Source: Macrostomum lignano (Eukaryota). From it: a DNA stretch of 64,000 bases. The DNA lies in NCBI GenBank assembly GCA_002269645.1, contig NIVC01001312.1, forward strand, positions 54,301 through 118,300. Direction: 5' to 3'. A program made the position numbers and the translations under genes. Positions 48,602 through 60,612 of this stretch are shown one piece after another; the first letter of the stretch is position 1, and every line of letters starts with the position of its first letter. A model generated the notes under the pieces. That model did not search any database. It was given only the letters and a program-made list of their open reading frames with translations, and was not told the DNA's origin.

Positions 48602-50825
48602 CTCTGTGGTGTCACTCTGCTTCTTTTCTAGTGTGCTTCTTTCTGTCATAGTTACAGTCTTCCCGCCCTATTGCCTCCTGACTGTCTCTCACTCGTTACA
48701 TCTCTCTACATTTGCTTCCTTCGTTTGTAACTCAGTCAGTTTGTTGCAAGTTTCCCCCAGAAGGTGTGGAGATGGATTCCTGGCCGAGTTCCGTAGTCAT
48801 TTGCTTCCGCTTTCAAAGCTGTATGCTGCCACGAGGCCCAATTAAGTCTACAGAAGTTCCGACACGCAAAGCGCCGATCCAAAAGAGAAAAAACTCTATA
48901 GCAAAAATTCACTATCATCCTTCTCTTTGCCTGGCAATCTGTTGATAGAGCCTACGCTTCTATGTCCAGATTCTAGGTTCGAAATCATTCGCTACATCAT
49001 TACATCCCTCTGTTTTCTTGTCAATTCCTGATGTCTTTCGGACAGATGTGCGTGGATAACGGATTGGGCATAAACACGTCAACGCTGTAGTTTGGCATAG
49101 GGGTCGCCGAGCAGCTTCCCAGAGTTATCCCAAAATTTAGTGGAATTGTCATCGTCTTGCTTACAGAGGCATTCAACAGAAGCAGGTGAGCAGGGGGCCC
49201 CTGTATTGGGACTAGGGGAGAGATATTTATTATTACCCTCAGTTTATTGCGTTCCCCATATTTCCTCTCCCGTTTCATTTACCTCTAAGCTGATTTTGTA
49301 AAAAAATGGGCTAAATCCTGGATGCCCGGTCGCTGTAGTCTCTGTTACGTACAGTATCTCTCTGGGTAAGTTGCTGTGTTTTTGTTCGTGTCTGCAAGGC
49401 CCTAAAAACCGAAACGGTTCGGTTTCGGTTTTCAGGATACGACTAGCTTGAATGTTTGGAGTCGCCGCTTGGCTCTAACGCTCGCCTGTAATTGCCTCTG
49501 ACACAGGCCGTGCTCTCGCCCTCGCCAATCCATGCGTGTCGCCGCTGTCACTTGCCTAACAGACCCTGGCTAGGAGTGAGGCAAGAAATAACACTAGCAA
49601 CCAAAATGGGCTCGCACCTCTCTGCTAACCATGCGGAGCGATCAATACGCTGCGAATGGGTTCTCTAGCCCGCCCCCTTCTCGCCACTAGCTCCCCCTTA
49701 TTAAAGACGTCCAGCAGCCCTCCCCCCCAAAAAGTTGCTGTAAGCTGTTTGCAACGAGATCTGGCTGATCTCAGCTGCCTAGCAGACCCCGATGATAGAT
49801 AAGAGTACATTTCACCGCATCTCTGTATTGGACTTACCTCCCCCCCTGTAATTCCTTTCTAACGATTCCCGTTCCGCCTCTCCCTGCATCGGCTCTGAAC
49901 AAGTCGTTTTTTAATCCTCTGGAGGAAATGATGCTCAAAAAGGGGAAATTTCTGAGGACCAGTCCAATATCATTGCTCGATCTTTATGCTAGAAAGGCCG
50001 GGTCGAAGCTTCCTTTAGTGAAATTTGGTTTTAGCTCAAGCTAGCCCTAGGAACATGAACTTTCAATTTCACTGACTTATGAGATGCTATGGCATACATG
50101 AGCTTATATATCTGAAATTAAAAGGGCCAAACTAGCATGTCAGTAAATTTCAGGCTTATCGAAAAACTATGAAACTAAAATTATTTTTGGCAGATTTTGA
50201 TTCTGTTTATTGACTTGAAGAATTGACTTTGTATCGGCTTTGACCCCATCTGCACCGTCATGTCTGTTTAGCACGCTATTTACTGTTCCTGTATTCACAG
50301 CATATAACATGTCACCAAGGCACAAAATTCAAGATGGAGCGATAAAATTTTATGGAACAAAGAGCAATGATGTCGAATGTCCAATCCGAACTTTTGAGCT
50401 GTTGCAGATCCTGGAGAATAGCAGTTTTTTATGGTTGCAGGGTGGCTTGCTCTGAAAATCATGACCGACTTCCCCCCCCCCAAGATGGTGTACCGACCTT
50501 AGGGCTGAAAAAATCCCACAGCGAACCAACCCGTATGGCCATCTGGGAGGGGCTTATTATTTTTCTCCTGTCGCGATATTAATTTCATCGATTTGTCCGA
50601 GAGTGAGGAGATCGAGGGGGACAGGATCGAGAGGACGTCAAGAAATAATGGAGCTCTGCGGAGACCAGAATGCACAGTTCAGCTCCGTATGCAGCCTGAG
50701 AGCTCACCGGCTTTTTCAGCTTGTTTTTTTTCTCGACAAATTAGGGTGCACTGGTTCTCAAGAAAACTAGCGATTAATGAATCAGTCTGTCTGTCCGTGC
50801 TTTCTAGCACACTAAAACAATATGC

Positions 50826-52490
50826 CCTAGTAGAGACAGTGTACCCATGTGGACACAGTATATCCTAGTGGACACAGTACCGGTATATCCTAATGCACAG
50901 AGTATACCCATGTGGACACAGTATAACCTAGTGGACACAGTACCGGTATATCCTAATGCACAGATTATACCCATGTGGACACAGTATATCCTAGTGGATG
51001 GACACAGTATACCCATGTGGACACCGCATATCCTAGTGGACACAGTATACCCATGTGGACACAGTGTACCCATGTGGACACAGTGTATCCTAGTGGACAC
51101 AGTGTATCCTAGTGGACACAGTATACCCATGTGAACACAGTGTACCCATGTGGACACAGTGTATCCTAGTGGACATAGCATATCCTAGTGGACACAGCAT
51201 ATCCTAGTGGACACAGTATACCCATGTGGACACAGTGTACCCATGTGGACACAGTATACCCATGTGGACACAGTGTACCCATGTGGACACAGTGTATCCT
51301 AGTGGACACAGTGTATCCTAGTGGACACAGTATACCCATGTGGACACAGTGTACCCATGTGGACACAGTGTATCCTAGTGGACATAGCATATCCTAGTGG
51401 ACACAGCATATCCTAGTGGACACAGTATACCCATGTGGACACAGTGTATCCTAGTGGACACCGCATATCCTAGTGGACACAGTGTATCCTAGTGGACACA
51501 GTATACCCATGTGGACACAGTGTAGCCATGTGGACACAGTGTATCCTAGTGGACATAGCATATCCTAGTGGACACAGCATATCCTAGTGGACACAGTATA
51601 CCCATGTGGACACAGTGTATCCTAGTGGACACCGCATATCCTAGTGGACACAGTGTATCCTAGTGGACACAGTATACCCATGTGGACACAGTGTAGCCAT
51701 GTGGACACAGTGTATCCTAGTGGACATAGCATATCCTAGTGGACACAGCATATCCTAGTGGACACAGTATACCCATGTGGACACAGCGTAATCCTAGTGG
51801 ACACCGCATATCCTAGTGGACACAGTGTATCCTAGTGGACACAGTATACCCATGTGGACACAGTGTACCCATGTGGACACAGTGTATCCTAGTGGACATA
51901 GCATATCCTAGTGGACACAGCATATCCTAGTGGACACAGTATACCCATGTGGACACAGTGTAATCCTAGTGGACACCGCATATCCTAGTGGACACAGTAT
52001 ACCCATGTGGACACAGTGTACCCATGTGGACACAGTGTACCCATGTGGACACAGTGTACCCATGTGGACACAGTGTATCCTAGTGGACACAGTGTATCCT
52101 AGTGGACACAGCATATCTTAGTGGACACAGTATACCCATGTGGACACAGTACACTCATGTGAACACAGTATACCCATGTGGACGCAGTATACCCATGTGG
52201 ACACAGCATATCCTAGTGGACACAGCATATCCTAGTGGACGCAGTATACCCATGTGGACACGGCATATCCTAGTGGACACAGTGTACCCATGTGGACACG
52301 GCATATCCTAGTGGACACAGCATATCCTAGTGGATGCAGTATACCCATGTGGACACAGTACACTCATGTGAACACAGTATACCCATGTGGACGCAGTATA
52401 CCCATGTGAACGCAGTATACCCATGTGGACACAGTACACTCATGTGGAACAGTATACCAATGTAGACACAGTACATTCTAATGGACAAAG
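50826..52490. repeat. 19-bp minisatellite (GTGGACACAGTRTACCCAT and GTGGACACAGYRTATCCTA variants), about 85 copies
   Basis: Direct tandem repeat; two further units at about 52879-52915. Confidence 0.97.
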
Positions 52491-55413
52491 TAAATACTGA
52501 TTAGAATTCAAAGCCATTCCCAGCTAAACCTGTCCATCGCCGGGATTTCCAGGCTCTCACAATGTCATCATTCGCGCTGTCGCCAAGAAGCGATCCGTTC
52601 CTGCCCGCTGCATCGTTACCTTCATCAGCCGTTGCGACCAGCGAGGCCAGTTCCTCAGCCTCCGCAGCCGCGACTCGCTCGGTCAGGCAAGCCGCCACTA
52701 ATCCGGCTCTGTCGCACTGCTCGTGCACCACTGACTCAGCCTACTCAAGCTTGTACGGGCCCGGACAAGCAGCCATTGTGAGACACTAGAAGCAACTTTT
52801 GGGTTCTATTGAAGCATTTTTTGTTAAACTTACGAGTATGCGCCTACCTTGAAAATTATAATTTAACTTGTATTCCCTGGTGGACACAGTACACCCTGGT
52901 GGACACAGTATCCCCCAGATCAGCTACTGGTCTATTCTATGTTATCAGTTGCAAAAGAGTTCTTAAAATGGTTGGTCTATTGGCTTGACCCGCCTTTTTC
53001 ATGCTGTCTATAAAACCCCGGAGACTGGATCTGACTCTCTTATCTAAAGCACAGCTACTTTAGCCCTCGGCAGTTGCTCTGCAAAAGATTTACCTGATCT
53101 TTTCACTTCGCTACACGAATGCTCGCGGACTAAGGCAGACGTGATAGCGAGATGGGCCGCCCTTCTGTTTCTCATCTCGCCATCTTTTCGCTAGCGGCTA
53201 TTTGTCCGACTAAGCTCTTGCAAAACACGAATGCTCAACTGTAAATTCTTACCTTTCATCTTCTAGTTAGATTCGCATCAGGGTTGCATTTATCAAACCA
53301 AGCCATTGGGCAACAGGCTTTTCTGTTAGATTTTTTGTGCATTCTTCCCGGGCAACTACGCCAATTATAAAACTTACTGTGTGGCCTCAAACGCACCGGC
53401 TTTCGTCCACCTGTCCACCTGAACATTGCACAGCTTTAGCCACACAAATCAAGTTCAAATTCTGAATCCGTTTAGTAATTCTACATTGTTTAGTCTATTT
53501 AAGTGTGCCAAAGTCAGAGTCTCAGACCAGATAGAAGCTATAATAGTACTAAATTAGCACATCCGATATAAATGCATGTGTGTATTACCTGATCCCACTC
53601 CGGAGGTCATTTCGACTGTCTTACCATTCGAAGGTGAAGAGGAAAGAATAATTGATTTAATTTTTCGAGGTTTCTCACAAATCAACTTGTAGAGAAGGCG
53701 CGCGCGAAAAAAAGCAGAGCCGTTGAAAGTCAATTTCTTGATTTTCTCTAGCTTGGCTTTCAACATCGATCTGAGTTCGCTTCTGAGCGATCGATGCAGC
53801 ACAGATGCTGCCAGTCAGAGTGAAGTGCTTCGAACAATTCTAGCAGGCTGTACCAGTCTCACGACATGCTGAATGTGGATGGCAAACCTTTTCAGCAGAA
53901 CGAGAATCGCTGTGAAATTCTGAGGCCCATATCCTTTACTTCTTTGTCTGCATTTGCGTCTGAGTTTTCTATTCTCCAATATACGGAGGCCGAACTACAC
54001 GTATAGCTGGTTGTTCAGTCTATCGGGAAAATTGACCCAAAAATGCCGATGACACTTCCCCACGAGTCTCAAGTCGCTCACATGCTCCCGCACTCTCTCG
54101 GTCTCTACCTACCAACTCTTCCCTATTTTAGTCTAAAGCTAGGGGAAAACTTATCGAGCCCTGCAGTGATGTCCCCTCGACTTCCTTCTCCACTAGGATA
54201 TAGAAGTATTAGCTGCGGATGAGGCCCGCACGTACACTGCATACTCGTCAATTCGTATGCACCGTGAAGTCGCTGAGTGCAGGCGCTTTTTTTCGACGGC
54301 AGATAACTGAAGATCTGAGCAGCCAGACGGGCACTCTCGCTCTCTCTTTCAAGACCTCTTGGCCTGCGTGAGTACTAGTTAGTGTGCAGTCTGAAAGGTT
54401 CCAGGCATTAGATGGCACTCCCTGAGTACACCCCCTTTTCATCACAACACCTTTATCTGGCGATATTAAATAACCCCAGGGGTTAAGCAGGCCTGAGCTG
54501 CATATTGCTGCTTCTCATTTCCTGCCTATCTACTGAGCTCCATTTTGTTTGCTGCTTGCCGAGCTATCAGAAATCAGATCAAGTTTCTTTGGCCTTCAAG
54601 CATAAAATTTCGTTCTCATTTTAAGAAATTCTCTAGAAAATTTTCTTTAAAATGCTCTAATGAAGAATCCGACTGGAGCATCGACTAAAGATTTGAGCAT
54701 AGGAAACTTTATGAAACTTATTGAGGCATTGATTTGATCTACTCGTAGACTCTCCATGAGCTCAGTGATTTGAAGCGAAAAAAATTCATTTATGCCATTT
54801 CCGCTCCGAACAGAGGACAAAGCCAACTTTGTCTTTCTAATCCATCGAATCCAACCGACATTTCCCCGATGGACGACTAGATTAAAATGATGTCGAAACG
54901 ATGAACTGAAACGAAATTGAAGCAATAGGGAGCATCGCTAAGTCAGAAATAATCTGTTTATTTGTTTGACTTTAGTATAGTTTCAGCCCTAACTGATTTC
55001 ACCCTCTCCGATGAAGATGGCTTTAAGAAGATCTTGGAATTAAACCATCAGATAATCCCTTTAAAGTCTTAAAATACCCTTTCAACCCTTTTGCGACCGT
55101 CTTGACGTCGCAACTTGATTTTGTCTCAAATTTCATGCATTCAGCTCAGGTGGGGGTTCATGTCCTCCGCATGCATGTACACTGCCTGATGAACGGCGAA
55201 GTCAGGGCAGAGAGGGTGCAGCCCCCTTCGTGCTTACCCGTCATGCAAAAACTAACCAGCTAACTGAACCCTTGCCCTCGCCAGCACCACCAGACAATCC
55301 AGCAGCGCAGGTCCATCCGATCAAACGCGGACCAAGCCAGCGCCGACCTGATGCTGCTGCCCCACTGTCGAACGACAAGTTCATTTCGTGGCGCCTACGA
55401 TTTGTCACCGGCC

Positions 55414-55629
55414 ATGTCGGAGACGCCTGAGCTTTCTGGCGCGGCTGTTGTTCCAAGTGCCACCGCAGCCGCCTCCTGCACAGGTGCCGCCTCCATGTGC
55501 TCGAACGCAAACGCTGACAAATCTTCGTCGAGTCGAACTAGCGAACTCGATGGTCGAATCGAGCAGCAACGTGAACAGCTGCTGATGGATAGCGACAACG
55601 AGAACGAAAATGAGGATGAGCACTTCAAC
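55414..55629 (+). CDS. Isolated coding-like exon (72 codons), possibly the first coding exon of the downstream M13-like gene
   Basis: GCCATGT start context, open frame MSETPELSGAAVVP...EQLLMDSDNENENEDEHFN, and a strong phase-0 donor AAC|GTGAGT at 55630. The partner exon is not established. Confidence 0.45.
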
Positions 55630-57889
55630 GTGAGTTTGCGACTATGTCATCCTCTTAAAGCACATTTGTGTACTCGCATAGCAAAACACATTTCGGTCAA
55701 TTTTCAACGATGCACCCGTTATGACAGGTGCACGTAGATGGAAACGTCTACGAGCGTATGAATTAATGTATCACACTTCAATAACCTACACTGGTACGCC
55801 GGCTTCTTGTCAGCTTCAGTGGAGGCGGGCTAGTAAACGAGAAGCATTATTCTTTCCTCTCCTGTCCTCTCAAATACCAAATAATGAAAAAACTATTGGC
55901 ACTTTAGATCCATGTCAGGCACGGAGGAGTGCGCTCTCGATATTCTGACAAGAATTACACTTTATATTGTAGAGTCCAAGAAGCTTATCTAGAGTTGCAC
56001 TTGCATTGGTCCACTTGAGATAGCTTGCAGTGGCTTGTTGAGCCATTCAAATAGCGCGTATTATCGCTGCTTCAGCTGCATGGGGCGGAGGCGCTGTTTT
56101 GCAATCCAAGTGCTTTCTGTATTGCATGACAATTTCAGCCCCCCGTAATGGAGGAAAAGTTGGTGTAGCTTTTAACCCAGAAACAATCCAATGCGGGGCA
56201 GCCCTCACATTACTGTACCTACCGCTTGAGCATTGGCTAGAGGCCTGCGCAATAGGGTCATTAGATAGGAGTCCTGATCCAAACTCTTCAACTCACTGTA
56301 GATTTTATTCCCAAGAAGACAAAATAACCGAAACTGACTGAGGCAACGCTGACTTGGCCAGCCGAAATAAATACATTTAATTCGTTTTTTCAGCTAAGAG
56401 TGTAAACGTTTCTGCAGAGCCATTTGCATGTAAGCTAATAGGTAGAGTTTTGCCCACGTCTCGTCTCTGGTCCTTTGCCAAGTCTCTCGTTTTCTTCTTT
56501 TAGTTGAAATTCAAGATCCCAGTCGCAAGGGAGAAACCAGCTGCGCCAGATCAATGACTAGTGGGGCCAATTAAAATTGATTGATTTTTGCTGGCCCATA
56601 GAAAAAAACGACGGCATATCGTCGAGGGACGCTGAAGTTGTGAATCGTTTATTGTTTGCAGAGAGAAAGGGAGAGAGAGAGAGAGAGGAGGCAGGGAGAA
56701 AAGTGAAAAAGTAAGGGTGAAAGTTCTTAGAGGCTTTGTGTTTGGTGTCTGCTACCAACTATGGCGTCTCCTATTGAGCACCAACAGGGGGGCCGGGGTC
56801 ATTTGTATTCCACAGCTGAAAGGGCGTTCAAACGTGTCGGATGGGAGGGGCGAGGGTACCCAGTGAGAGTCTGGGAGGAGGTTTGCAACCCAATTTTGGG
56901 AGGAGGAGCTGCTCCACCGCCTGACCCCTCAGGCTCCCTCGCTCCGCCCGCTCGCCTTCCCTCGCTTTGGTCAATCGCTCACATTTCTTATGCTAATTGG
57001 AAAGCAGTGCACGATCACTTGCTTGGCCTAGGGACAGGAGGCTGAAGTGGGGTTGTTGCGAGGCTTCTGATCTCCGCAGCCGGCCAAACAGACACGCAGA
57101 AGGCCCTCAAGCTAGGGGACCGGTTTCGACCCCTCCCTACTTTCGGACGGTATCTTAGCATCTAGTGCCGCTCAGGATAGGGAGAGGGGGGCAAAAGAAT
57201 GGTATTGAGGCGTCTGAGACGGAATGATGGCGACAGAGCGTCGGGCGTTGATTGATACGACTGGGGGTGGGACGGGAGTCGAGTGGGATCGAGCTGGAAA
57301 GAGAGTGCAGCAAGTGGCCTCGCGCTCGGAGTCGAAATGCTGGGAACGAACGCCGGTCGAAGCACCAGCGTCAATTGGATTGCTTGCGCCTCTGGCCCCA
57401 AAGCAGCCCAATTAATTAAGGATCTCTCTATCTCTATACGCACTCGTGCGAGACTGCTTTGCTCCGTCTATAGCTCGAATCCATTTTCTATTTCTGCATT
57501 TCACTTTTCACTCGGCTGTATCGGCACGATTTGATCTCACGATGCGTTTTCCCTGACTTTTTGCAATGTTTAATTCGGACTCGAACGCGTTAATTAAATG
57601 TAGAGCTGCTCTTAACAGGAGGCTTACCTTACGGACTAACTTTCTATAGACTGCAATGAAGCAGTCCGAGATTCAAGCATTGCCAGCAGTGACATAAGCG
57701 CGCATACAAACTGATCGAAGGACATTGCCAAGGTTTAGTTTAGTTTAGGTAGTTAGGTACGCGCGGCTGGTATATGGTTATGCGACAGGTTGTTTTATTA
57801 GAGTCAGGGTGTGCACCCTTGCGTACGTTAGGCAACATTGTCACACAACTGGCGATAGACATTACTGTCCATTCCGCTGACCCCCGCAC

Positions 57890-58104
57890 AGGCACACACT
57901 CAAGGAGGAGTGTACAGCGGCTCTAACCTTATTTATCGTTAAACACCATAGGCACCAGGAGTTGACCCTCAAGGACTTTAACTGCACGAGCAGACCCAAA
58001 CCGAGATTTAAATTTAGCACCAATTATAATGTGACCGCACTTGGAATCAAGCCTGGACCGCTGGAACATCAGAGCGCCGCGCTAGACGACTAGGCTACGG
58101 CCCC
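57890..58104 (-). mobile_element. tRNA-derived SINE (degenerate pol III head)
   Basis: Minus strand GGCCGTAGCCTAGTCGTCTAGCGC...CTCTGATGTTCCAGCGGTCCAGGCTTGATTCCAAGTGCGGTCA. It has an A-box-like TAGCCTAGTCG, a degenerate B box GGCTTGATTCC, and GGCCGTA/TGCGGTC can pair as an acceptor stem. The anticodon arm is broken and an unrelated body of about 140 nt follows. Confidence 0.55.
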
Positions 58105-60612
58105 CCAAGTAGCCGGTTCAAAGAGAGCTTCTCGATTTTTCAACTCTTAACTGTTTGGTCCTGAATGTTTATAATTAATATTGCATAGATTTTAGAAAAA
58201 AATCCTTTGAACAAATCGTTTACCCCCAGCAAATGAAAATTTCCAACAGATCCATCGGAGTCGAGCAGACTTGACGCGCTTATCGAGCTCCTCATTTTGA
58301 GTTGCAACATCATTTTTGAAAAAAAAATAATGGGAGCATCTGGAAAATTTAAAAGCCCATTGTGTACAAAATCTCATTTTTCAGCTGGAAATATCTAATG
58401 TCCATTGAACAGAGTGGAATCTAGCCGCTTTTATTTTGACTGGCAGGTCTTCCCCAAGGCTGATTTGCTGTGACAGTGGACCATTGAGTTTGAGCTTTCA
58501 GTTTGAATAATATCAACCAGAGACGGGGAACGGTGGCTGCAGCCGAAATCCGTGCTCAGGGTATTGCAGGGATTTCACTCTTCAGATTGAAACTGCAGTG
58601 CATCGGCCTGCAGCGTCCTTGAACTGGAGCGGACACGTCCCCGGGGCCCCTGCTCATCTCTCAAATTTATGGTCTGATTAGCCCTTATCCGCGGCTCTAA
58701 TCCGCACCTCCGTAGGTCGGTCGGCCCGTCAGAATTATCATCATCATTAGCCTGCTTTAGCTCTGTTGCAAGTCAGCATTTTCTACTAGTTTTAGCTAAT
58801 CACGCCGTTCCACTGTCTTACCTTCTCAATATTTCGCCCGCTGCATTTCGACCTCTTCAAGCCTGCGGCTTAAGGACTCTTCATTGGATAGACCGAATGC
58901 ATATATTTTGAGAACGAATTCGCAACCGTCATTTACTCTCTTTTCATCGACCCCTATCGCAGGTGTTTGACAGTACAGAAAGGCTGTCAGCCACCAGTAC
59001 CCTGTATTCAACAGTACGTCGGGCCCGTATTTCTCGTGCTCAGGAGATTTACTCCCAGGTAATATTAGATCGCATCTACCGATAATTATGCACGAGATAC
59101 GCGTGTTGGACGCCGATGCTCTTCAAAAGCTCAGCTGCACACTTTTTTTAACTACGAAGTATTTTGCTTGCTAATCAGGCTAATTCTCACCGCCATAAAA
59201 TGAAGCCAATGTTTACGTAATAATCCGGCTTGCGCAAAAATTTCCATAGCATTTTTACATCGGTTGTTCCATTTGGTGCCTCATTTCATGGCGGTTTGAA
59301 TGAAACGTTATTTGTAAAATTATCTGTATTTGAAGTTTTGCCTGCGTTGCATTGGCAAAACGCACTTACGGCTTCATTGGCACCTGCACACTGCAACAGT
59401 CTATCAGTCTGTAGAACTAGCAATACTGTCCTCTATACCAGGAAGTTCCTAGCACATCTATACACTCTGCATACTGGAATGTACTGCCATTTACTGACGT
59501 CAAATTGCACGACTTTTTACACCAAGAAGAAAAGCACACTGCAACAATCAACTAAAGCATGTTCTGCCTGACGCAAGAGCGCAGTGTCAAAGCATGATTT
59601 GAGACCTGTTTGGTAGTTCCAATATGACTGCCACGTGCTTTACTGGTTTTTAAGCGCGAGTTTCTATTCTAGCTTGGCTCTTCTAGCTCATCAGGCGTCC
59701 CCCCGCTCACTCTCGCTTTGTAGGCACAGTAGAGACTTCTCAGCGACAGGCTACCATCATCTGGCTTCTCTTGTTGAGAAAGACCGATTCAATAGTCTGG
59801 TTAAATATTCATTGGCCCAGTCAGCAATGGCCCTGGCAGCTTTAAAATGCTTTCCCCTCCTTCCACAGCCTAAAGTGGAGGTAGGACATCGGCTCAACAT
59901 CCCTGATGGGAGCCCACAATCCCAACTCCCAAGTAGAAAAAATTTAGCAAAAATTAGTGGGGAAAAAGCAGCAAAGTTGTAGTGCAGCAAGTCAGTCAGC
60001 TTTTTCCTATGGGCATTCATTCATTCTACCTGACTGACAAACATTATCTTACGGACGAAAGAGTCCCAGTCTCAACTCCAGCTAGACCAAAATGGCTCAG
60101 CTGAAGTGCTCTGTCACAGTCAACCCAAGCTGTCATTCCATTTTCCATGTTTTCTTTGTCTTAACAGTTTTCTGTCTCTCTCACTTCTTCATTTGCTCTC
60201 GTTTATTCGCGACGTTTTTTCTACCTAACCTTGCCTCGAGTCTTCTTCATTTAGTCCATCTTCAGGAACCCTTTTCTATCCAAAGAGCTATTTGGCTACA
60301 GTGATCGTTTTCGGAAGAAACATTATGATTTTTTGGTTTCAAAGCATTTTGAGGCAATGAAACTCGATCTTATGCAACAAATTTTATTATCAATTTTGAG
60401 ATGAACATCCGCCTTCTTCACCTGGGAATTTCCCAGTCCCACAGCCGGGCCTGCGCACCGACCTTAGTGATCCAGAACCAGGCTAGAGGCTCGCCCTACG
60501 CATTCACCGACAAAGCTCGCTGCCGGTCCAGGCACCGCTGTCACTGCCACGGCAACAGTCTACAGCCGCTGCCGCTGCCCCGCCGCCTCAAGAGACAGTC
60601 CAACCCGAGCCG

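Noticed and set aside
49405-49432. Perfect 11-bp hairpin AAAACCGAAAC-GGTTCG-GTTTCGGTTTT
   Set aside because: Too short to assign; probably a transposon subterminal remnant, and not a terminator in a eukaryotic context.
56761-57534. Cluster of GC-rich short ORFs suggesting a retroelement
   Set aside because: No RT, endonuclease, gag or zinc-knuckle motif could be recognised.
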